Assembly: GCA_964408555.1 (NCBI GenBank) | Contig: CAYOZR010000001.1 | Location: forward strand, 1,416 to 65,415 | DNA from: an uncultured Aestuariivirga sp. | GTDB lineage: Bacteria; Pseudomonadota; Alphaproteobacteria; Rhizobiales; Aestuariivirgaceae | DNA: 64,000 bases | Direction: 5' to 3' | In this document: one piece after another, positions 1 to 8,213 of the stretch | Position numbering within the stretch: the first letter of the stretch is position 1 | Layout of the letters: each line of letters begins with the position of its first letter | The notes under the pieces: model-generated | Told to the model about the DNA's origin: nothing | The model's database searches: none | The model's input: the letters and a program-made list of their open reading frames with translations, nothing else | Program-made: the position numbers and the translations under genes

Positions 1-398
1 CACACGAAGACCATGGCCGTGCAGGGCGCGGCGGCCAGAAGGATCAGCCCGGCGATGTAGCTGTCGATCTGCGCGGCGGGGAGAAACGGCCGGAACAGCC
101 AGCCGATAAACAGCCAGCCAAGCAGCGCCATGGAGAAGGGCTTCACCGCCCAGTTGACGAACAGCGTGACGCCGATGCCGCGCCAGTGCTGCGTCACCTG
201 TGAAAGCGCCGCGAAATCGATCTTCACCAGCATCGGCACGATCATCAGCCAGACGAGGATGGCGACGGGCAGATTGACCTTGGCAATTTCGAGCGAACCG
301 ATTGCCTCGAAGACCGGGGGCATGAGTTGGCCCAGCGCGATGCCGGCGAGTATGCACAGGCCGACCCAGACCGTGAGGTAGCGTTCGAATGTGGACAT
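1..398 (-). CDS. acr3: ACR3-family arsenite efflux transporter (3' part runs off the window)
   Basis: Manual translation from ATG at 398: MSTFERYLTVWVGLCI...NWAVKPFSM...GLILLAAAPCTAMVFV, typical Acr3 motifs; follows arsC. Confidence 0.93.
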   Translation of the reverse strand, partial: MSTFERYLTVWVGLCILAGIALGQLMPPVFEAIGSLEIAKVNLPVAILVWLMIVPMLVKIDFAALSQVTQHWRGIGVTLFVNWAVKPFSMALLGWLFIGWLFRPFLPAAQIDSYIAGLILLAAAPCTAMVFV

Positions 399-411
399 GA
401 TGTTTCCCGGA

Positions 412-906
412 TCAGGCGCGGCCGATGTCGCCGAGTTTCTTTGGCAGGCTCAGGCGGTCGAGCGAAGCCAATGGCAGATTGACGAAGACGCCGATGCGGT
501 TGCGCAGCATCCGGTAAGTCTCGGAGAAGGCAAGACGGCGTTCGGCCTCGTTACCCGCGGCGGCGGCGGGATCGGGCAGACCCCAATGGGCCGTCATCGG
601 CCGGCCGGGCCAGATCGGGCAAACCTCGGCGGCGGCGTTGTCGCAAACCGTGAAAATGAAATCGAGCTGCGGCGCGCCGGGGAAGGCGAACTCGTCCCAG
701 CTCTTGGAACGCAAATCCCTCACCGGATGATCGAGTTGCCGCAGCAAATCGAGGGCGTAGGGATGAACCTCGCCCTTGGGCCGGCTTCCGGCGCTATAGG
801 CGTTGAAACGGCCCTGGCCCTCGCGCTGGAGACTGGCTTCGGCAAGAATCGAGCGCGCCGAATTGCCGGTGCACAAGAAAAGCACATTATAAACGGGATC
901 AGGCAC
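412..906 (-). CDS. arsC: Arsenate reductase, LMW-PTPase family
   Basis: FLCTGNSARS P-loop, TVCDNAAAEVCP, HWGLPDP; GTG start overlaps arsR stop. Confidence 0.93.
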   Translation of the reverse strand: MPDPVYNVLFLCTGNSARSILAEASLQREGQGRFNAYSAGSRPKGEVHPYALDLLRQLDHPVRDLRSKSWDEFAFPGAPQLDFIFTVCDNAAAEVCPIWPGRPMTAHWGLPDPAAAAGNEAERRLAFSETYRMLRNRIGVFVNLPLASLDRLSLPKKLGDIGRA

Positions 907-1255
907 ATGCGGCTCCATCGGAAACACAGCACGGGGAAAGGTCGGCGATCAGGGGGGCGCAGAGTTCGGGCTTGCCGGCACAGCAATCGCGCAGCAGGTA
1001 GACGATGAGTTCGCGGACACAGGCCAGTTGGACCCGGTAGACGATGCTTCGGCTATGCTTCTCGGAGGAGACAAGTCCACTGCGACTCAAAATGGCGAGG
1101 TGCGCGGACATGGTGTTGTGCGGCACATCCAGCTTGCGGGCGATTTCGCCCGCCGGAAGTCCGTCCGGCTCACTGCGAACCAGCAGGCGGAAGACCTCCA
1201 GCCGGGTTGGCTGGGCGAGAGCCGAAAGAGTCTCGACGGCAATTTTATTGTCCAT
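899..1255 (-). CDS. arsR: ArsR/SmtB transcriptional repressor
   Basis: ALAQPTRLEVFRLLV...HNTMSAHLAIL wHTH; C-terminal DCCAGKPELC cysteines; heads the ars operon. Confidence 0.92.
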   Translation of the reverse strand: MDNKIAVETLSALAQPTRLEVFRLLVRSEPDGLPAGEIARKLDVPHNTMSAHLAILSRSGLVSSEKHSRSIVYRVQLACVRELIVYLLRDCCAGKPELCAPLIADLSPCCVSDGAACA

Positions 1256-1291
1256 GTGTCGAGAATAACAGACATATGGAGACTTAGTCAA
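1256..1291 (-). promoter_or_regulatory. Probable leaderless sigma70 promoter and ArsR operator
   Basis: Minus strand TTGACT-18nt-TATTCT-6nt-ATG; no SD; imperfect palindrome ATGTC...GACACAT overlaps -10 and start. Confidence 0.6.
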
Positions 1292-1308
1292 GGCTCCGGT
1301 GCCGTGCC

Positions 1309-2337
1309 TCACATCGTCGCATTGCTGGTGCCGAGCGAACCCAGAAACAGAATGGCGCCGAGACCGGCGATGGCCGCCCCGCCGCCAAGGCGCAGGCCGA
1401 TGGCCAGCCAGTTCAGCCAGCGATCGTCCTGGCGCGCCAGCCGCTCGGCGAGCTTCTTGGAGTAGACGGCAATGGCGGCAATCGCCGAGACGGTCAGGAA
1501 GGTGCCCACCGCCATGGCGAAAGTCGAGGCGATGCCCGCCCAATAGAGGCCCACCGCATTGGCGAAGATCAAGACCAGAATGGCGCCGGTGCAGGGCCGG
1601 ATGCCCACCGCGAAAGCGAGCGAGAAGGCCTTGGTTAGGGACCAGGCGCCTTTCACCTGCTTTGCCTCCGGAACATGAGGGTGGGTGCATTCATGGCCGT
1701 GATGATCGTGTCCGTGGTGGCCGTGATCATGATGGGCGTGGGCATGATGGGCGTGGCCGGCAGGCCGGAAGGCGGTCCACACAAGATAGAGTCCCATGAG
1801 GGCGATGAGGCCGTAGCTGGCGCTTTCCAGGACCCCCGCCACATCGCGCGCCGCGGCTCCCACGCTGGCGACCGCCAGCAGCAGGATGCTGACGATCAGG
1901 ATGGCGGTGATGGCCTGGATAATTGCGCTGAGAAAGGCGATCAGCACGCCGCGGCGCAATTCGTTCTCGGTGGCCAGAAGCCAGGCGGAAATGACGGCCT
2001 TGCCATGGCCGGGACCAGCGGCATGGAACACGCCATAGCCGAAACTCAACAGCATCAGGGTCGAGGCAGCGGCGAACGGCGCTCCGGTCTTGATGTTGCG
2101 GAGCGCCCCTGCCATGGCGCGATAGAACCCCTGCTGCTTGTCACGCGCCCACAGGATGGGGTCTTCCCGGAAGGTGGTCTCATGCACCGTGCCGTCGGCA
2201 TTGCGCGGCTGCACCAGGAGCTTCTTCTTGTTGATCGTCACCTGCGGAGTGGGCTCCGCCGCCGTCTGCGCTTGGGCTGGCGCCAGCAGGATGAAGAGCG
2301 CCAGGAGGCAGCCCAGCAATCGCATCACGGGGTGCAT
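1309..2337 (-). CDS. NiCoT/RcnA-like metal transporter (ZevB-like) with His-rich loop
   Basis: YGVFHAAGPGHGKAV motif, His-rich loop, GIRPCTGA motif, multiple TM helices. Confidence 0.88.
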   Translation of the reverse strand: MHPVMRLLGCLLALFILLAPAQAQTAAEPTPQVTINKKKLLVQPRNADGTVHETTFREDPILWARDKQQGFYRAMAGALRNIKTGAPFAAASTLMLLSFGYGVFHAAGPGHGKAVISAWLLATENELRRGVLIAFLSAIIQAITAILIVSILLLAVASVGAAARDVAGVLESASYGLIALMGLYLVWTAFRPAGHAHHAHAHHDHGHHGHDHHGHECTHPHVPEAKQVKGAWSLTKAFSLAFAVGIRPCTGAILVLIFANAVGLYWAGIASTFAMAVGTFLTVSAIAAIAVYSKKLAERLARQDDRWLNWLAIGLRLGGGAAIAGLGAILFLGSLGTSNATM

Positions 2338-2990
2338 TCGATCGCCACGGCTTGCGCGAACATGGCGCCGAAATCCTCGTTGTTCTCGGGCTGCCAGTCG
2401 GTGCCCTTGGTGGAGAGCATCTGGCGGGTCGCCTCGAGTTCGGCGTCGGTCGGCACCGGCTTCACCGCCAGCTTGCAGGCGGCGGGGATGTTGCCGAGGA
2501 CCGCCACCGGATCGTCCTTGACATAGTCGATGGCGATGAAGAATTCCGGGTCGTAGGCCTTGACCATGAACCGGCCCTTGGTGGGATCGACCGGATTTTT
2601 CAGCGGCACATGGAAATGCAGGGCGAGCTTGTCGTTGCTCCAGATATGGCCGTATTCGGTGACCTCGCCGATCTCCTGCTTCTCGCCGTTCATGCGCATG
2701 ACCGTGAAGTATTCATAGTCCTTCAGCGAGGCGATGTTCTCCTTGCTGAGCGGCTCGATCTCGGATTGGCTGTAGACGCCGTCGCCATCGCTGTCGAGAC
2801 CGTCGAGCGCCGCCTGGGTATAGGTATCGTCGAAGGTCCATTCGAGATTGACGCCCTTGATCAGGCCGTCATCGGTGAAGACGATATCGGAGCGCATCTC
2901 GATCCACACATGCGGGTGAGCCAGCGCGGGCGTCGACACGCACGCCGCCAAGAGGACAATCGTCAATGCTCCGCCGCGTCCTGCCGCCAT
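2325..2990 (-). CDS. DUF1007 periplasmic protein (ZevA-like)
   Basis: Signal peptide then AHPHVWI, W-x-FD, YDPEFF motifs; paired with NiCoT gene. Confidence 0.88.
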   Translation of the reverse strand: MAAGRGGALTIVLLAACVSTPALAHPHVWIEMRSDIVFTDDGLIKGVNLEWTFDDTYTQAALDGLDSDGDGVYSQSEIEPLSKENIASLKDYEYFTVMRMNGEKQEIGEVTEYGHIWSNDKLALHFHVPLKNPVDPTKGRFMVKAYDPEFFIAIDYVKDDPVAVLGNIPAACKLAVKPVPTDAELEATRQMLSTKGTDWQPENNEDFGAMFAQAVAIECTP

Positions 2991-3055
2991 CCGATCCTCT
3001 GCAACTCACCAGCCGGCAATGATGGGTCATTGCGGCGGAAAAGTGAAGCTGCGGA

Positions 3056-3973
3056 TCAGCCCGCGAGGCAGGCGGCGAGGCTTGCGGCGAGATTGCGCAG
3101 GAGCTGCGGATAGGCGTCCGGTCCGGGCACGAGATCGGCGCCCAGGGGATCGAGAGTGCCGGACCTGGCGGTGCTGCCTTCGATCGCGGTCGCGACGAAT
3201 TTCTCATCGAATTGCGGTTCGCGAAAGGCGCAGACAGCCGTGGTTTCCGCGATCTTGCCGCGTATGGCGCGGAGCCGCTGGGCCGAGGGGGCGGCGGCGG
3301 AAAAATCGGCGATGCTGCCCACCGCATCGAGGCCGAAGCGCCGCTCGAAATACTGATAGGCGTCGTGAAAGACGATATAGGGCTTGTGTTTGACGCCGGC
3401 GAGGGCGGCCTCGATCTCGCCGGAGAGAGCATCGAGCGCGGCGGCGAATGCCGCGGCATTCGTTGCATAGGTGGTCGCATTGATGGGATCGGCCTGTGAG
3501 AGTGCCGCGGCAACCGCATCGGCCATGGCCTTGGCATTGTCCGGATCGAGCCAGACATGCGGGTCGATGGGCAGGCTCACGCCTGCATCGCCGTGATCGT
3601 CCTTCGCCCAGCCGCCGCCGGCGCGGATCGGATGGGTTTTCACGCCGGGGGCCTTGGCCAATTCCACGAAGACCTTGCCGTTCATCGCTTCACTGCCGCT
3701 CAATTGGCCGAGCTTGCGTTCGAGACCGGCGCTCACGATGAAGACGAGATCGGCCTTGCCGAGGTGGGCGATCTGCGACGGCGTGAAGCTCGCGGCGTGT
3801 TCGGACAGCCGGCCGGAGAGCAGGAGTTCGGGTCGTCCCACATTGCCCATGACCGCGGCGACGATGCCGTGCACCGGCATGATCGAGGCGATGACTTTCA
3901 GTTCCGCCCGGGCCGGAAGGCTCGCCAGGAGACAGGCGATTGCGGCGGCGAAGGCTCGGATCCAACAATTCAT
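3056..3973 (-). CDS. znuA: Zinc ABC substrate-binding protein
   Basis: Signal peptide; SEH, DPHVWLDP, FHDAYQYF, DPLG motifs of cluster A-I SBPs. Confidence 0.88.
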   Translation of the reverse strand: MNCWIRAFAAAIACLLASLPARAELKVIASIMPVHGIVAAVMGNVGRPELLLSGRLSEHAASFTPSQIAHLGKADLVFIVSAGLERKLGQLSGSEAMNGKVFVELAKAPGVKTHPIRAGGGWAKDDHGDAGVSLPIDPHVWLDPDNAKAMADAVAAALSQADPINATTYATNAAAFAAALDALSGEIEAALAGVKHKPYIVFHDAYQYFERRFGLDAVGSIADFSAAAPSAQRLRAIRGKIAETTAVCAFREPQFDEKFVATAIEGSTARSGTLDPLGADLVPGPDAYPQLLRNLAASLAACLAG

Positions 3974-4008
3974 CGTGTAACGTTATAATATAACGTTTTC
4001 AGGATCAA
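3974..4008 (-). promoter_or_regulatory. Zur box overlapping a probable leaderless promoter
   Basis: AACGTTAT-AAT-ATAACGTT palindrome at 3979-3997 resembles the GTTAT-N3-ATAAC Zur consensus; minus strand TTGATC-17-TAACGT-6nt-ATG. Confidence 0.8.
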
Positions 4009-4076
4009 GTCCGAAGTGCCGGACACGTGACCATCATTGAGTTGAACCCGGCTCGCAAGCCTGTCAGTTACAAGCC

Positions 4077-4817
4077 ATGGACCTCCACGTTTCGATTGGT
4101 GCCGCAATCCTCGCCGGGGTGATCAGCTTCCTCAGCCCGTGCGTGCTGCCGCTGGTGCCGCCCTATCTGTGCTTCATTAGTGGCGCCTCGCTGGAAGAGC
4201 TGTCGCAGCCCGGCGCCACGGCGGCGCAGCAGCAGCGCCGCACCTTGCTCGCCGCCCTGATGTTCGTGGCGGGTTTCACCACGGTCTTCGTCATGCTCGG
4301 CGCCAGCGCCTCGCTGGTGGGGCAGTTGCTGCGCCAGCACCTGACGGTGCTGGCCCAGATCGCCGGAGTGATGATCATCGTGATGGGGCTGCATTTTCTC
4401 GGCGTCTTCAGGCTCGGCTTTCTCAATCGCGAGGCGCGCTATCATGGCGCGGCGAAACCCGCGGGGCCGCTCGGCGCCTATGTCATTGGCTTGGCCTTCG
4501 CCTTCGGCTGGACGCCCTGCATCGGGCCGGTGCTGGCGGTGATCCTGTCGCTGGCGGCGAGCGAGCAGGACGTGGCCAATGGGGCGGGGCTGCTCGCCGT
4601 CTATTCCCTCGGCCTCGGCATTCCCTTCCTGCTGGCGGCGGCGGGGGTCGGCGTGTTTCTCAGTTTTCTCTCGGACTTCCGCAAGCATCTGCGCACCGTC
4701 GAGCGCGTCATGGGCGGATTGCTGGTGCTCACCGGTTTCATGTTCCTCACCGGCGCCATGCAGGACATGTCCTACTGGCTGCTCGAGAACTTCCCGTGGC
4801 TAGCTAATATCGGCTGA
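4077..4817 (+). CDS. ccdA: Cytochrome c biogenesis protein CcdA
   Basis: SFLSPCVLPLVP and FGWTPCIGP motifs, six TM helices. Confidence 0.93.
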   Translation: MDLHVSIGAAILAGVISFLSPCVLPLVPPYLCFISGASLEELSQPGATAAQQQRRTLLAALMFVAGFTTVFVMLGASASLVGQLLRQHLTVLAQIAGVMIIVMGLHFLGVFRLGFLNREARYHGAAKPAGPLGAYVIGLAFAFGWTPCIGPVLAVILSLAASEQDVANGAGLLAVYSLGLGIPFLLAAAGVGVFLSFLSDFRKHLRTVERVMGGLLVLTGFMFLTGAMQDMSYWLLENFPWLANIG

Positions 4818-5100
4818 GTGAGATCGGCTTGCCATGCGGCGTTGACCTTGCGGCGCGGTCCCATTCGGCGATGCGCTGTTGGCGTTCGGCTTGTGTCATC
4901 AGCTGCTTCTTCTCCGCCAGCTTCTCGAGCGCCGCCAGCCAGTTTTCGTAATAGTGTTCGTCCGGATGGGCGGCGATTTCGGCGCCCAGCATCTCGGCCC
5001 ATTCGCTCCAGGTGAAGAAGCCCGCCTCGTTGAGCTTCACCGCCATGGCGAAGGCCTGCGCTTCCCACGGCTCGTTGAATACCGGGTCAGAGGGCTGCAA
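4804..5100 (-). CDS. Nitrile hydratase accessory/activator protein
   Basis: PVFNEPWEAQAFAMAV...FTWSEWA...YYENWLAALE; last gene of NHase operon; TTG start inferred. Confidence 0.85.
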   Translation of the reverse strand: MQPSDPVFNEPWEAQAFAMAVKLNEAGFFTWSEWAEMLGAEIAAHPDEHYYENWLAALEKLAEKKQLMTQAERQQRIAEWDRAARSTPHGKPISLSRY

Positions 5101-5707
5101 GATAAGGCTCCCAGAGATCGGCGTGAATCTTGTCGGGTGAGGACGTGCCCCAGACTTCGCCGGCTGCAAAGCGCACGGTGTAAAGCCATTGCGCATCCTC
5201 ACCTTTGCCATGGGCATTGGAGTCGGGAAACACATGGGCGCCGTGGATGCGAACGATCTCGCCGGCATGGCCGCGCAAATAACGGGGCAGGCGAGTATGG
5301 CCCACGGGATGAACATTGCGGGCGCGGACCTTGTCGCCGACGCGGAATTTCTGCGGGGCAGGGGCCTCTCGCACATATTCGCCGCGCGCCAGCAGCGTCG
5401 CCGCCACGTTCCGCGGCCGCAGCACCTGGGATGGAGAAGGCGGAGCGCCGAACACAGCCTTTTCGGCCAGCAGTTTGGCGAAGGCCGCCAGCCAGATTTC
5501 ATAATAGGAGAGCCGCAGATACTCCGCCGGCGGACGATTTTCGCAGGCGCTGCGGTCTTCATCGAGCGTCCAGCGGCCATGCTCGCCCGTAGCCAGGACC
5601 AGGGAGAAAAGTCGCGCCTCCCAAGGGGCATGGAACACCGGCTCATTCGGCTCCGGCACGACCGGCCCAAAACCCATCATGCCGCCGAGATCGTGGGCGC
5701 CATTCAT
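5087..5707 (-). CDS. nthB: Nitrile hydratase beta subunit (copy 2)
   Basis: [35 protein letters not shown]. Confidence 0.92.
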   Translation of the reverse strand: MNGAHDLGGMMGFGPVVPEPNEPVFHAPWEARLFSLVLATGEHGRWTLDEDRSACENRPPAEYLRLSYYEIWLAAFAKLLAEKAVFGAPPSPSQVLRPRNVAATLLARGEYVREAPAPQKFRVGDKVRARNVHPVGHTRLPRYLRGHAGEIVRIHGAHVFPDSNAHGKGEDAQWLYTVRFAAGEVWGTSSPDKIHADLWEPYLAAL

Positions 5708-6360
5708 GGCATTGCCTCGAGATAGGGCTCCCACAGGTCGATGTGGATGCTGTCGCGCGTGTCATGCCCCCACAATTCGCGGGCGGTGAACCTCACCGTG
5801 TAGAGCCATTGCGGATCGTCGCCCTGGTCATGGGCGGAGGAATCCGGAAAGACATGGCAGCCGTGGACATGGACGATCTCGCCCAGATGGCTGCGGGCAT
5901 AACGCGGCAGGCGGGTGTGGCCTTGCGGGTGAATGTTCCGTGTACGGATTTTGTCGCCGGCCTTGAATCGCGCCGCGGCCGATGCCGGCCGGTCGGCGGG
6001 ACCGCCCTTGGTCAGGGCGGCCGCGACCATGTCCGCCTTCAGCACCCGGGCCGCCGGGCGCGGCGGCTGCACGGACTTGCCGGCGCGGACTTCGTCGGCT
6101 GCCACCAAGCCGCGCTCGGTCAGCAGCTTGATCAGGCCCTCGAACCAGATTTCATAATAGCTCGCCGACCAATAGGTGGCGGGCGGCAGGCGCTCGCGGG
6201 CATGGCGCGAGGTATCGATGTTCCAGGAGCCGGTGGCGCCCATGGCGAGCGTCAGGGCAAAAGCGTGGGCCTCCCATTCGGCGTGAAACCACGGCTCATC
6301 GGGTTCCGGCCTGACCGGCCCGAAGCCCATCATGCCGCCCATGTCCTGGGGTCCGTTCAC
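5704..6360 (-). CDS. nthB: Nitrile hydratase beta subunit (copy 1)
   Basis: (V)[31 protein letters not shown]; GTG start overlaps nthA stop. Confidence 0.93.
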   Translation of the reverse strand: MNGPQDMGGMMGFGPVRPEPDEPWFHAEWEAHAFALTLAMGATGSWNIDTSRHARERLPPATYWSASYYEIWFEGLIKLLTERGLVAADEVRAGKSVQPPRPAARVLKADMVAAALTKGGPADRPASAAARFKAGDKIRTRNIHPQGHTRLPRYARSHLGEIVHVHGCHVFPDSSAHDQGDDPQWLYTVRFTARELWGHDTRDSIHIDLWEPYLEAMP

Positions 6361-6974
6361 CGCGGCGACCTCGCAAGGCCGGTGCCGACCATCGAATCGC
6401 GGGTGACCAATTCCGCCAATCGCTCTTCGTCCCAACCATCGGTGCCGGCGGGGCGCAGCGGGATTACCAGATATCTGATCTCGGCGGTCGAATCCCAGAC
6501 GCGCACTTCCACGTCTTCGGCCAAGCTCACGCCGAAATCGCCGAGCACGCCGCGCGGATCGATGACGGCGCGCGAGCGGTAGGGCGGCGATTTATACCAC
6601 ACCGGCGGCAGTCCCAAGACCGGCCAGGGGTAACAGGAGCAGAGCGTGCATACGACCATGTTGTGAATTGCGGGCGTGTTGAACAGCGCCGCCATGTGTT
6701 CGCCCTGGCGGCCCTGATAGCCGAGAGAAGCAATGGCCGCGGTTGCATCGCGCTTCAGCCAATCGGCGAAACCCGCATCGCTCCAGGCCTTGGCCACGAC
6801 CCGGGCGCCATTGCGCGGGCCCACCTTCGTCTCATAGGTTTCGATCAATACGTCAAGCGCCGCCGGATCGACATAGCCCTTGTCGACGAGGAGCGATTCC
6901 AGCGCCTTTACTCTCAATACAATGGGCGAAAGTTCCGAGCCCTCGTGATCGTGATCGTGTCCATCGTGCGGCAT
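6357..6974 (-). CDS. nthA: Cobalt-type nitrile hydratase alpha subunit
   Basis: VCTLCSCY metal-binding motif (T/Y marks Co-type), YRSRAV, VWDSTAE. Confidence 0.96.
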   Translation of the reverse strand: MPHDGHDHDHEGSELSPIVLRVKALESLLVDKGYVDPAALDVLIETYETKVGPRNGARVVAKAWSDAGFADWLKRDATAAIASLGYQGRQGEHMAALFNTPAIHNMVVCTLCSCYPWPVLGLPPVWYKSPPYRSRAVIDPRGVLGDFGVSLAEDVEVRVWDSTAEIRYLVIPLRPAGTDGWDEERLAELVTRDSMVGTGLARSPR

Positions 6975-7034
6975 TTGAGTTTTCCTTGAATGCCGCTAGC
7001 ATAGACGGCTCGTGGCTTGAGGAGAAGCGGCGGC

Positions 7035-7712
7035 ATGGCGAAGCTCGAGGGAATCAGGGCCTGCGTGTTCGATGCCTATGGCACGCTGTTCGACGTGCAC
7101 GGGCCGATCCGCAAGCTTGCCGCGGAGATCGGGCCGAAGGCCGACGAGCTGTCGCGGCTGTGGCGGCAGAAGCAGCTCGAATATAGCTGGCTGCGCAGCC
7201 TGATGGGGGTGCATGCGGATTTCTGGCATGTGACGGGCGATGCGCTCGACTATGCGCTGGAGGCCCTCGCCATCGACGATCCCGGCCTCAAGGACGAGCT
7301 GATGGCGCTCTATCTCAAGCTCGATCCTTACCCGGACGCCAAGGAGGCGCTCGCCACCGCCAAGAGCCGCAGCCTGCTCACCGCCATTCTCTCGAATGGC
7401 AGCCCGTCGATGCTCGATTCGGCGGTGCGCGCGGCGGGCCTCGACCGGCATATCGATCTGGTCCTGTCGGTCGAGGATGTCGGCATCTACAAGCCGAGCC
7501 GCCGGGTCTACCGCCATGCCCTGCACAAATTCCAGCTCCAGGAGGCGGCCTCGGTGTGCTTCGTCTCGGCCAATAGCTGGGATGCCCAAGGGGCGGCGCA
7601 ATTCGGCTTCCAGGCGGTGCGCGTCGACCGCTTCGGGTTGAAGGACGACCGCATCCCCGGAAAGCCCGCCGCGGTGATCGCCGATCTCGCGGGGCTGGCG
7701 GCGCTGCTGTAA
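7035..7712 (+). CDS. Haloacid dehalogenase type II (HAD family)
   Basis: FDAYGTLFD, WRQKQLEYSW, LSNG, YKP, VSANSWD motifs. Confidence 0.92.
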   Translation: MAKLEGIRACVFDAYGTLFDVHGPIRKLAAEIGPKADELSRLWRQKQLEYSWLRSLMGVHADFWHVTGDALDYALEALAIDDPGLKDELMALYLKLDPYPDAKEALATAKSRSLLTAILSNGSPSMLDSAVRAAGLDRHIDLVLSVEDVGIYKPSRRVYRHALHKFQLQEAASVCFVSANSWDAQGAAQFGFQAVRVDRFGLKDDRIPGKPAAVIADLAGLAALL

Positions 7713-7780
7713 GCTACCCTAGTGGACGAAATCTGACGCTTGGCACCTGCTTTCACGAGCGACGCGGGGCAGTCATGGGC

Positions 7781-7804
7781 GTCCGCTTGGGGCCAACAAC
7801 GGAC
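7781..7804. repeat. Short GTCCG...CGGAC palindromic intergenic element
   Basis: GTCCGCTTGGGGCCAACAACGGAC imperfect palindrome resembling small repeats common in rhizobial genomes. Confidence 0.45.
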
Positions 7805-7815
7805 CTCACGAAGAA

Positions 7816-7860
7816 CATTGCCGCGTTGAAAGATTGGATAGCTCTTTCAACGTGCCAATG
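7816..7860. terminator. Long imperfect hairpin (terminator or operator)
   Basis: CGTTGAAAGA/TCTTTCAACG perfect 10-bp arms extended by CATTG/CAATG; T-rich sequence follows. Confidence 0.45.
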
Positions 7861-8213
7861 GGTTTCCTGTTGTTTGCTAGGTCCTAAAGTTTTGGATAGT
7901 GCGAATGCCGGTATCGCTGCGCTTTGCCGGTATCGCGCGTCAGTGTAATTTCGTTTTTCCAGATGACGAGCCTTGCCCGCACTGGCTCGTGAGTGCTTAT
8001 GGCAAGCAGTAAGGGAAACGCGATTTGCGTCAAATTCATCGACGATTAACCAATGCAGGGAGATTATTTGTTTCCAATGCGCAATTAACCGCCAATATAA
8101 TTTTTTTCAACACAGTGGATCACGGTCAAGATTTTGTCGCCAGAACTGGTCTACCTCAGCAAGGCAGCTGACAGACATCTTGGTACACCACGCGACCGAT
8201 GCGAGGGCTTCGT

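Noticed and set aside
1690-1760. Tandem GTGATG/ATGGGC-like repeats
   Set aside because: Simply encode the His-rich loop of the metal transporter
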